This document shows, piece by piece, positions 38,010 to 48,600 of a stretch of 64,000 nucleotides of DNA (position 1 is its first letter; the number at the start of each line of letters is the position of its first letter). A model generated the notes under the pieces. The model did not search any database. It was not told where the DNA came from and worked only from the letters and a program-made list of their open reading frames with translations. The position numbers and the translations under genes are program-made. The DNA comes from Tubulanus polymorphus (Eukaryota; Animalia; Nemertea). The stretch is taken from contig NC_134027.1 of the NCBI RefSeq assembly GCF_964204645.1, positions 15,222,485 to 15,286,484 of the forward strand. Direction: 5' to 3'.

Positions 38010-38134
38010 TTATTTAAAGAAAAAAAATTAAAAGTAATTTGTAATATCTTATTTTGAATATGAATATTTAGAGTTGAATTTTTATTTTTGAGTTATGATA
38101 CTTGAAATTTTCCAATTACTCATACAGCTTAATC

Positions 38135-38800
38135 TTATTTCAATATAGAATTATTATTCTTTTCATAATTGATATGTTTAACTGTTTGATAATGCTTTGA
38201 TTAATGTGATTTTAAATATTTGCCACCACAATAACAATACACTTTCTCATTAGGATTGAATTTTCTAAATTCATCATCTAAATTACATTGAACTGCAACA
38301 TCTTTGAATGATTTTTCATTATCTAATTCGCATTGAATACCAATATTTGATGAATTTTCAATTTTAGATGATTTGTTTATTATCAAAATTGAAATAATAT
38401 AATTGTCTTTTTTCAATTCTTAAGTTAATCAAATCATTGTAATCTTTAGAAAGTATTATATCACTTTTTCTTTCATTGAAAGGAATTTGAAGAATATTAA
38501 TTATGTTTTCATCTAAAGTTCCTTTTTTAAAACTGTATTGAACATTTTAGGATTTTTAACGCCATTATCAAAAGTATCAATTAGTTCAATAATTAAATAT
38601 GTTTCATTTGATGATATTTGATTAATAACAGTAATATTTTCAATTTTATAATGTCTTGGGGACACTAAATCTGTTGCTGAAATATAATTTTTAATGTTAA
38701 ACTGTGAAAATAATTTATTGGTTTCTTTTATTTCGATTTTGAATTTGAGTTCTTCTTCTTCTGTCTTCATTTTAATAACAAAACTTCCATTAAAACTCAT
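38135..38800 (-). pseudogene. Disrupted mirror copy of the 222-aa Zn-finger protein
   Basis: Inverted homolog of 29303-29971 with frameshifts and a stop. Confidence 0.7.
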
Positions 38801-39480
38801 TCAAATATAAATATTGAAATATGTTTAAAATATAAACTATTTCACTCACACTTTACTCACACTTTTATATTATTTTAGTTATCCATTTATTTTACTTATA
38901 TTTTTATTCGAAATCTGTTAAAATATGAATTATTACTCACACTTTAGTAATTAACATATAAATGATTTTAAAATATATGAAATTCGTGTAAATAATGTTC
39001 ATTTATATGAATATTTTAAGAGTAATAGGGATAATAGGGGTTCAAGTCAAAGGGGAGAGTGTGCTCGACCCTTCGACCCTTGGCTTGAACCCCTATTATC
39101 CCTACTACTTCCATAGTACATTATGGTTTTACAAAGTTTAAACCATAAAAAATTCTTGCAGAAAATCTAATTTCATTTGATCTGTTTCCTCATAATTTTC
39201 GAATCTTATGAGCCCAAATTTCAGGTATGAATCAAACCTTAGAGTTACAGTTTTATTTTCTTTCCATCCTTCCCTTAACTCTGTGGCATAAGTTTTCAAT
39301 TTTCTAAGTTTTAACTAAACATTGATTTAATTTCTTCATTAATTTAATGCTTTGGGCCCAAATCTACAGTACGATTTCAATATGAAACAAAATTGGAGTT
39401 ATTTTCTATCCTGTTTCATTGACAACATTAAATGTGTTCCCGGTCACCGACAATATTTTGAGTGTTTTCGTTACACCCGT

Positions 39481-39943
39481 TAGTGTCCAGTGTCACATTC
39501 AGAATAATCAATCAATCATCTTCAGTGAACAGACAAATTGCCGGTGTCGTGGCCTCTGTTGCATGGCTGTCAGTGGAGATTGGTTTTTCCATCTCAAGTT
39601 CGTTGTTGTTGTCGATTGACGACCGTTCATTTACAGAACAAAGTAATATTTCGAAACCAAAACTATCAGGTAACGCTTCTGCGGGCACCTGTACTACGTG
39701 TGGCTTCGAAAATATCGATATACAATTCAAGATGTCTCCGTTACAGCGCCGTCAAAATCTACCCTGCTCGAAGGAACGGTCGTCAATCGACAACAACAAC
39801 GAACTTGATGAGACGGAAAAACCAATCTCCACTGTCTGACGTACTGAAATGAACCAGCCATGCAGCAGAGGCCACGACACCGGCAATTTGTCAGTTCACT
39901 TAAGATGATTGATTGATTATTCTGAATGTGACACTGGACATTA
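39481..39943. mobile_element. Palindromic MITE-like element
   Basis: ~150-170-bp inverted arms (TGTCCAGTGTCACATTCAGAATAATC... / ...GATTATTCTGAATGTGACACTGGACA). Confidence 0.7.
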
Positions 39944-39976
39944 GCAGTCAATTTCAGTGTCCCCCAGTTGACAGTG

Positions 39977-40321
39977 AGTAATTAGGAAATGGCGTTTTCA
40001 TACCAGAGGTCGAGAGGTCGAGACACCACTCATCACAGCTAGGCTCTAGTGAGAACGGACGATTGCTCTGTGATACACATATACAGTGAGTGCGCGTAAC
40101 AACAACTGCGCGTGGATAGATAGATACAGTGAGTCGCTACTGAGAACGGTTATTAACGCGTGTGCTATTACTGTAGTACAGTGATTGCGTGTCAACTGTG
40201 CCCGGATAAATAGATGCTGTGAGGCTTGGGTGAGAACGGTTAATAGCGTGCTTGTTATATACAAGGGGAAGTACTCCCCACTCATTACCACAAGTAATTT
40301 GTTTTCCTTATAAATGGGAGA
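39977..40321 (+). repeat. Left TIR of element C
   Basis: Near-identical inverted copy of 50353-50697. Confidence 0.95.
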
Positions 40322-40429
40322 TTGAGTACAGAGGAATTAAAAGATTTAGAAGGATTTAAAATAATCTATCATGGAAAAAATGAAGTTGGTCATCATGATT
40401 TAGAAATTGTTGATTAAATTTTAAAAAAA

Positions 40430-40919
40430 TAAATTAATAAAAATAATGAATATCTAGAATCCTAAATGACTTATCTGGACAATTTAATTGCTCCGCATAG
40501 ATAGACAAAAGTAGTGAGATATTCAATTAATTTAGAAAAATTATTTTTTTGCTTTTTTTCTAAAATATTAATCCATTTTTTTATTATCAATTTTGGAATT
40601 TCAGAAGTATTTTCATTTTTGATAGCAGTTGTTTAAGATTTATAAATATCATGAATTTTATTTGATTTCTTATACCAATTACACCCAATCAAAGTGAATA
40701 CAATTACAAATCCAACTGTAAAATATAGACATTTATCAAATATTCTATTATTAGAAGGAGTAGAAATAACAATATTTTACCATTTTTATTAACATTTTTA
40801 TTACTTATTTTTTCTTTTACAGCTTTTTTATATTCTTGTGATTTAATTCCTAATTGCCGAGACCATTCAATTTGTTTCGGACTTCTCGGTTTTTTCTTCA
40901 CTTCTTCCACCTCGCTCAT
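40430..40919 (-). pseudogene. Small basic/TM Polinton protein (likely disrupted)
   Basis: TAAATG start, MSEVEEVKKKPRSPKQIEWSRQLG; 3' extent uncertain. Confidence 0.4.
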
Positions 40920-41457
40920 TTAATATAGAAATATTTTTACTTTCAATATTTGAAAATGTTATAACTCCAGTTGATAATAATGTCATAAATCCACCTAATT
41001 GAAATGATAAATATCCAATCCATTTATTTAATTCGGTCATAACTAAATAATCATTTTTTAAATCAGCATATAATCTATTTTCATCTTGAATTGGCAGCAT
41101 ATAATTACATAATTTACTATAACCTTTTACTACATTTTCTGATATCGCGTCATTAATTCTAGCTGTTCTCGCGGTTTCATAAATCTTAAATAATCTAATA
41201 ATTTCATCTGATTTCATTGTATCTAATTCATTATAAGTTAAATTTTTACCGATAAAATTTTTACATTTTCCAGATGCTATTAATATTTCTAATTGATGTT
41301 TACAATAAAGATAATATTCATAATTATTATGTGTTGTAACATAATTTAAAGCACCATCATCTGGAGTTAATTTTGTTTCTGTTATTCCTAAATCATCTAA
41401 AGTTTTTTCAATTGGAACATCACCATTTTTAGATTTTATTTTCTTTTCACCCGCCAT
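40867..41457 (-). CDS. Hypothetical Polinton protein (196 aa)
   Basis: Intact ORF with TAAATG start and a hydrophobic C-terminal segment. Confidence 0.7.
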   Translation of the reverse strand: MAGEKKIKSKNGDVPIEKTLDDLGITETKLTPDDGALNYVTTHNNYEYYLYCKHQLEILIASGKCKNFIGKNLTYNELDTMKSDEIIRLFKIYETARTARINDAISENVVKGYSKLCNYMLPIQDENRLYADLKNDYLVMTELNKWIGYLSFQLGGFMTLLSTGVITFSNIESKNISILNERGGRSEEKTEKSETN

Positions 41458-41487
41458 TTATATAACAAAAAAATTAGTTCTGTTGTT

Positions 41488-41762
41488 GCAACTAGAATTC
41501 AACTAGAATGTAACTAGAATTCAACTAGATTAACAAGCTAGTTGAAATATTGTTGTTTTTATTTATTTCTTATTGAATTTTATTTGATTTTTGTTTCAAC
41601 TACCAATAACTAGAATTCAACTAGAATGTAACTAAAAATATACTAGATTAACAAGCTAGTAAAATATTGTTGAATTTTATTTGATTTTTGTTTCAAATAC
41701 CAATAACTAGAATTCAACTAGAATGTAACTAAAAATATACTAGAGTAACAAGCTAGTTGAAT
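41488..41762. repeat. Intergenic tandem array of AACTAGAAT(T/G)-like 10-mers in three higher-order blocks
   Basis: AACTAGAATTCAACTAGAATGTAACTA occurs at ~41490, ~41608 and ~41706. Confidence 0.9.
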
Positions 41763-42371
41763 TTAAATAAATTCATATTTAAATGGGTGTTGTAATCTAA
41801 ATAGTAATTTTGATCTTTTAATATTTTTCAATTTATCCATATATTCATTATGTAAATCATGCGGAATAATATCATTTTCCTCAAGCGCATTTTTCATAGA
41901 TTTTCTATCTTTATTGTAGAATAAAACTAAAAATCTAATGTTTTCTCTAAAATCTTTAATAATTGAATTATATTTTTGATTCAAAACCCATGTTGTTATC
42001 CCGAAATGTCTACCAGAAAAAGCTAAATAACATAACTCACTCTCTCTAATTTTTGAATCATGTAAATTTGCACAATCATCTATGATAAATAATGTATTTG
42101 ATCCTTTATAAATATCTATTGCTATTTTTATACAATTATCTAAATTTTCTTTTACTGTTTTAGGATCTAATATAATAAATTTATTATTTCTAGTAATATT
42201 TCTGTCATAAGTTTGATTAAATTCATATGTTGGACAAAATAATACTATATTATCAAAATAGTTTTTATAAACAGTTTCTAATAAATTTCATATGAAATAA
42301 GTTTTTCCACAATTTGTTACGCCAGAAATTAACATATTATGAGGCTCAAATATAAATAATTCCTTATTCAT
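41763..42371 (-). pseudogene. FtsK/HerA (A32-like) packaging ATPase with one premature stop
   Basis: Hand translation gives MNKELFIFEPHNMLISGVTNCGKTYFI*: Walker A GVTNCGKT, Walker B LFIIDD, SGRH Arg finger and LNQ sensor. TGA at 42288-42290. Only the C-terminus is in the ORF track. Confidence 0.9.
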
Positions 42372-43502
42372 TTATATATTTTTAATTTTACTTGATAATA
42401 TCCATTCATTGAATTTATCTGGCCATCCAACCCATTTTACTAAAGAATATTTTTTTCTTTTAACAGTTTTTGTTTTTAATCCTTTTTCAATTTTATATTC
42501 TTGTTCTAGATTTTCAGTAGTTAAACTTAATTCTTCTTCGTAAAAGTAGCCATCAACTTCTTCACCATCTAAATCTTCTAATTTATAGACACATGGTTTT
42601 TTTGTTGTTATTACCTTTTTTATATTATATATTTCCCTAGTAAAATTTCGATCGTATCCCTTGTCAAATATCTTTTTATACTTAGAAATTCTAACATTTT
42701 GACCAATTTTAAATTTAGGTTCACCAAAATCATCTACAAGAAATGCTCCATATAAATTATTCCAAACAATTTCAGCATTTTCAGGTTTTCTAGCATCAAT
42801 AGGTTTCATTCCAATAGAAGAATGATAAGAATTATTATATCCTTCTATCATTTTTGGTAAAACATCAATCCATTTAAAAGTATTATTTGCTGTAAAATAT
42901 TTCCACATTCTTGTTCTTAATGTTCTATTAAATCGTTCAACAACTGCTGCTTTTTTATCCGATTTTGTTGAAAAATATTTAATATTATGATTATCTAAGA
43001 GTTCATGAACTAGTGAATTATCAAATTCTTTTCCATCATCAAATTGTATTTTTTCTGGTTTCATTATATCATCCGAAAGAAATTTTCTTAAAACATTTGA
43101 TGTTTGTACAGCATATTTTCTATAAAGTGGGAAGCTCCATACATAACGACTAAAAATATCAATTATATTCAATATCCACCAATAATCATCATTATCTTTC
43201 TTAACATTTTTCATATCAATTAAATCTCCTTGCCACTGTTGATCTACATAACTTACCATAGTTTTACGAGTTTTATATTTTCTAACAATTTTTTTATGTG
43301 TTGTATATGTTGGTTGTTCTAACATAAATTCATTTATATCTTTATATTTAACTAAATTTTGTTGGATTATCTTATCTAATTTATCTTGTTTTACTTGACG
43401 CCATATATTTTTGTTAGAAAAATAAGCAACCGAACTCTCAGGGTTGTAATATAAATTTCTTAAATATTGTTCTTTAGTATTAGGGGTTTTTTTACCGCCC
43501 AT
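42372..43502 (-). CDS. Retroviral-like (rve) integrase with C-terminal chromodomain, intact
   Basis: WQGDLIDM, IQFDDGKEF and VVERFNRT (DDE), then YKIEK...LVKWVGWPDKFNEWI. Confidence 0.95.
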   Translation of the reverse strand: MGGKKTPNTKEQYLRNLYYNPESSVAYFSNKNIWRQVKQDKLDKIIQQNLVKYKDINEFMLEQPTYTTHKKIVRKYKTRKTMVSYVDQQWQGDLIDMKNVKKDNDDYWWILNIIDIFSRYVWSFPLYRKYAVQTSNVLRKFLSDDIMKPEKIQFDDGKEFDNSLVHELLDNHNIKYFSTKSDKKAAVVERFNRTLRTRMWKYFTANNTFKWIDVLPKMIEGYNNSYHSSIGMKPIDARKPENAEIVWNNLYGAFLVDDFGEPKFKIGQNVRISKYKKIFDKGYDRNFTREIYNIKKVITTKKPCVYKLEDLDGEEVDGYFYEEELSLTTENLEQEYKIEKGLKTKTVKRKKYSLVKWVGWPDKFNEWILSSKIKNI

Positions 43503-43556
43503 TTATATATCCTTAATTTTAACTTTATATTTCTAATATTGAATACTATCTAATTG

Positions 43557-44775
43557 TCAATTTACAATATTTAATTGTGCGTCAGATATAATATAAATGT
43601 GCATTTTAAAATTTAAGCTTCCTTTTTTCTTTTTCATGAATAATTGTATTCCATCTTTAGTGTTCTGTAATTTTTTTCCAGAACCATGTAATGAATTATC
43701 CTCTGTTGTTCTAAAATCTAACCATAATTCATATTTATTGCCGGTATAATAATCAATTTGATTAATATTACAATTTTCAGATGATTTTACTTTTTCATTC
43801 ATAAAATGTTTTCTAATTTCTGGCCATTGAAATATCATTCTCATTCCTTGACAAAATATTTTATTTGCTATTCCTTCGATAGTTATTTCTACTTTTGTTA
43901 TTTCAGGATTATAATAATTATCTACCTTTATTGCGCCATTAGAATATGTTGCAATGGTAAAAAATATTAATATACCTTTAATAGATCTTCTTGGGAAGTT
44001 AATATTCTCATTAATTATTTCATCATTTGCATTAATAGTTACAGTTTTAAATTTATCAATATAAACATATAATAATGAAAATCCTTGATTGTATTGAGTT
44101 TGAATTGTATTAGCAATATTTTCATTAGTTACTGTATTATATTCTAAACATATATTCGATAATTTATAACCCATATCTTTAACAACGTTAGATAATACAA
44201 TTTCATTTAAAGGAGCAAATGTTATCTCAAATATAATATCTTCTTGAATTGCATATTTATATAAAGGTGCATTATTATTTATCAATTCAAAGTCAAATGG
44301 AATTTTATATTTGCTTCCATAAATCTTTTTAATCAAATTATCTACGTCATTAGGTACTACTGCATTATTGGCTTCAGATCTTAATTTATTTTGGTTTTCC
44401 GATTGAATGCCTTGAAATATCATATTATTTCTATTTTCTTTAGTTAACCATAAATCTTTATAATGCATAAATAAATTATAATTATCTAATGAGAAAAAGG
44501 TTTCTGGTCCAATCTTTAAAGTTAATTTTTTAATCAAATACCTTCCAACATTATCAACAACATAATTATTATTATTACCAGTTACTTTTATATCGGCTGA
44601 TAAATAAATACTATTTGGAACATAAAAAGTATTTTGTGTTAATCTAGGGATTCTAACATATAAAGTTTCATCGGGATTAATATTTGAAGGATTATGAGTA
44701 ATTATATGATCTTTCTGCTTTAATAGCATTAGATATTCTAGAAATCTTAGAAGGACTTATATAACTCCCACTCAT
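43557..44775 (-). pseudogene. Major capsid protein copy 2 (N-terminal frameshift, slightly short C-terminus)
   Basis: Highly similar to 14549-15796. True ATG at 44775; small deletions near 44715-44745. Confidence 0.85.
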
Positions 44776-44839
44776 TTATTTAACAAAAAAATTAATTATT
44801 TATTTTTTATTATTTTTTCTTGATATCTTTTTGATATCA

Positions 44840-45218
44840 TGTTTACTAACCCAAAAATAATTGCACTTACAACTGTAATTAAAAATTAAATAATATGTTC
44901 AGCAGCAAAGTTAATAATGTTTCCTGCAGATTTCAATATAAAACCAACAATTGATGCAATAATTCCTGGCAATGCTGCAGCAGATTTTTTAGATAGTTCC
45001 CATAAATATTTTGCTAATTTCTTTAAACCATCTTTAACTTTATCTTGTATAGAATTATTATCATTCGGGGGTTTATCCGGTTTATTGGGAGTGGGAGTAG
45101 ATTTCAAATAATTTGATATTGCTAAACCAATTGTTGTAAATAACATAGTTACAGCTGTTAGAATTGAAAGAATTGTTATTCCTTCTAATTTAAATAATAA
45201 CTTTATTCTATCTTTTAA
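44840..45218 (-). pseudogene. 3' remnant of the coiled-coil/TM gene
   Basis: Homolog of 14186-14528; 5' part replaced by the hairpin. Confidence 0.8.
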
Positions 45219-45219
45219 G

Positions 45220-45629
45220 AGTAATAGGGGTAATGGGCTTTCAGGTTAAAGGTTGAATGGTCGAGTTCATTAAAAACAAATATTAAAAGTAATTTAAAAC
45301 TATAATATATTTTCATAACCGTGTGTATTTCAGTTGAATAATAGAATAACTATTATTATTTGAATATATTTGATTATATGAATTTGTGTATTGTAAATAA
45401 ATCAATTGGTCGCGGAGCGTAGCGGTAGCGAAGTGGAGCGACCAATTGATTTAATACAATATGCATCTAAAATTTAAATTATTGATATCTTAGAATAAAT
45501 ATTTAGTTATAATATAAAATGCACACGGTTATGAAAATATATTATAGTTTTAAATTACTTTTAATGTTTTGTTTTTTAATGAGCTCGACCGTTCGACCTT
45601 TGGCCTGAAAGCCCATTACCCCTATTACT
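45220..45629. repeat. 410-bp hairpin built from Polinton terminal motifs at a deletion junction
   Basis: AGTAATAGGGGTAATGGGCTTTCAGG...CCTGAAAGCCCATTACCCCTATTACT, ~190-bp imperfect arms, GC-rich loop. Confidence 0.9.
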
Positions 45630-48600
45630 ATTATCATTGCTAAATAGTTCATGATCTTTGGGATAATTGCTAAAATCAAAATGATGTTTTAAGGTTTTTA
45701 AGTCTTTTGTTATGTCATTTGTCTGGATTTTTAGTATGTAACTGTCAGTATTGAAGCAAATTAATGGAAATCCACAGTTGAATGTGCCATCTTCGGTTGA
45801 TAAATCATAAACATTATCTGTTGGGTTATATATGTCAAATAAATCTTTAACTTCTTCAGTTAAATCTTCTTCTGTGTGGCTTAAATTAAAGCAATTTGGT
45901 TTAGATTTAATCAATCCAATATTCATATTGAAGCCTAATGAATTACATAATATATTTAACCCTGATATTGCAACTTTTCCTTTCTGTGCAAAGGTTAACT
46001 TTTTATCCTTTGTAAATTTTTTAGCACCATCTGCTGCGTAGAATCCAATGAAGAACCATTTTCTTAAATCATTTTTTGCATTTACTACATAATCTGGAAC
46101 TATCTTTTCTTTAGTTGAAGTATTACTTTTCACTATTGCATGAATATAGAATTCATCATTATATTTTATAGCAAAATCTTTAGGGTTATTAACAAGTATT
46201 CTATAAACTGCTGATGATTTCATAACATCCATGATTTTAAATGTTTTATTTGGATAAACTTCTTCACAATATTTCTTTATTCTTTCTAATAATATCAAAT
46301 CTTGATTGCACAAATACCAACAATATTTATTACCCCAAACATATTTATACACACCTGCTGAACCATCTCCCATAAAAAAATCCTTTGATAAAATATTCTT
46401 TTTCTTCCAATGTTTCGGGTTCTATATTATAAATATTATCAATAATTTCATCGGATGACATAGGATTCATTCTTGGGTAAAATCTTTTATGTAATAATTC
46501 ATCTCCAATTTTTATATCAGTTGGTTTTATTTCATCACCATTTTGTTTAATTAAACTATGATCTTCAGTAACATCAACAAATCCTAATTTAGTTCTAACT
46601 CTATAGAATTTCTTATTTGTTTTATGCCTAATAATATTCTTTAATTTTTTCCATCCATTTCTTGTCCAAACATCCATTAATCCATTTATTTGTATTAATT
46701 CTTTTTCACCATACGAAATATAACATTCATTTTGTTTTGGAATTATTTCTGAAATTCTTCTTATCAATATTTTATCATTACATTTTAATAATATTGGGGT
46801 GTCAGCTGTTACAGAATCAAAATATAATATTTCAATATGCTTTTCCCCAAAAAGTGGTTGTAAAACATTATAATAAAAATCATACATTAATAATTTTGAT
46901 ACTTCTAAAACCGTTGAACCAATGAATATAGGTTTATTAAATTTCATTGACGTTCTTTTTAATTTAACTGCTGTTAAATAATCTTCAAATCTTTTATTTC
47001 CTAAATGTCTAGGACTTGATTGTAAATGTCTTAATCGTTCAGAATTATTTACTAATTCAATATCATTTCTATTTCTAATATTTTCACATGTTTTACCATA
47101 AAAACTATTATTCATTAATTTGAAGAAATCTTTTTCAAAATCTGTTTTCGATATGGTTCTCTGTTGAGTATTAAAATCTATATATTTTTCTAACCACTTC
47201 GATTGATTAAATTTAATATATCTATGTACTTTCTTTAATTTCATTCCTTGTTTTAGATAAAATTTTAACATTCTATAATGAACAATATAATTGTATTTAT
47301 TATTTTGAGTAAGTATTAATTTTTCTGTAAAAACATGATCTTTCGGTTTTATTTTCTTCTGGTATTCACTTAAATAACTATCATCTACGGTTAAATGTTC
47401 TGGGCAATAAGGTAAGTTTCTTGTTTTAAACTTTATATTTTCAGGATATTCTAAATCAACTACAAAGAAATAACCGATTGGTGCTTCATCTTTTAAACTC
47501 GCAATTGCGCTTTCCCAATCAGTTTTATCATCATTTTCAACTTCTGTTAATATAAAATTTTTATTTGGTTGAGGTTGCATCATTGCCCAACCATATAGAT
47601 TATTGGCGTCAATATATAATAATTTATATTCATCATTTGCTTTAAAATACCTATCTCCCATAACACCACTAATTCCACCTCTAATTGATTTTTCAAATAA
47701 TAAAACCATGTCTGGTTCTTTTAATAAATCTAATTCTACATTTGTATATTTTAAACCACATTGCCAGGTTAAACCAGGACTTGAATAACAATAACAAGGA
47801 TCAACATTAAAATGATTTAAATTTACTTCTCTAAATTTTTCAAATATGTCAGCCAATATCATAACATCTGATTTTAAATATAAATCAACTAATTCACCAT
47901 GATTTTTCATCTTAAAATGGTTCCAAATATTTAATGTTCTATTAAACACTTCATCTTTCACATACTCCTCTTTTAATTGATCATAAAATTGATCTTTTAA
48001 TAATTCTGTTACATTAAAATCATTGTGTGTTTTATAAAATGAATAAGGAATTGCACCTTTATATCTCAATAATTTAAAATCTTGTTCATTTGGATAATAA
48101 TATCGAGTTATAACAAAATCATTATCAACTAAACTTTTTGATAAATTATCTAATGAACTTGCTAGAAATCTATAAGAATCTAAAAATCTAACGCAACCAA
48201 ATTGAAATGAAATATAATTTTCAGATGTTTTAGCTAATAGTTTAAAATCATATTTTCTTACATTTACACCATTCGTAGCATTATATTCTTCTATTTCTTG
48301 ATTAATTGTGCCCAATTTCCTTGATAATTGTTTTATAAATAGATGGGTATCATAGCCTGATAAATTATGAAATAATATTGGTACGAAATTAACTTTCTTA
48401 GCTTGTAAATTACAATCTTCAGAGGCAGCTCCACGATATTTTGAATTTAAATGATCATGATCTCTAACTTTTTTATCAAATGAATAAAAACGTTTTTCAC
48501 AATAACAACAATGAGTTGCATAATTAAAATCAATTTCATCTTCTTATGTCATAACTATTCTTTTATTTTTGTTTAATAATTTTGCAAAATCACTTTCTAA

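Larger units (their letters stand above)
29006..39109. mobile_element. Element B: fold-back non-autonomous Polinton-related element with ~1.65-kb inverted arms
   Basis: Arms 29006-30660 and 37435-39109 are inverted copies. AG...CT ends, 6-bp TSD TCCATA (29000-29005, 39110-39115), hairpins at 29006-29071 (outer ~30 nt lost) and 39021-39109. Confidence 0.8.

Noticed and set aside
40046-40291. 81-aa ORF in the TIR (mirror at 50383-50628)
   Set aside because: Points outward, has a non-ATG start, and is duplicated only because it lies within the TIR.
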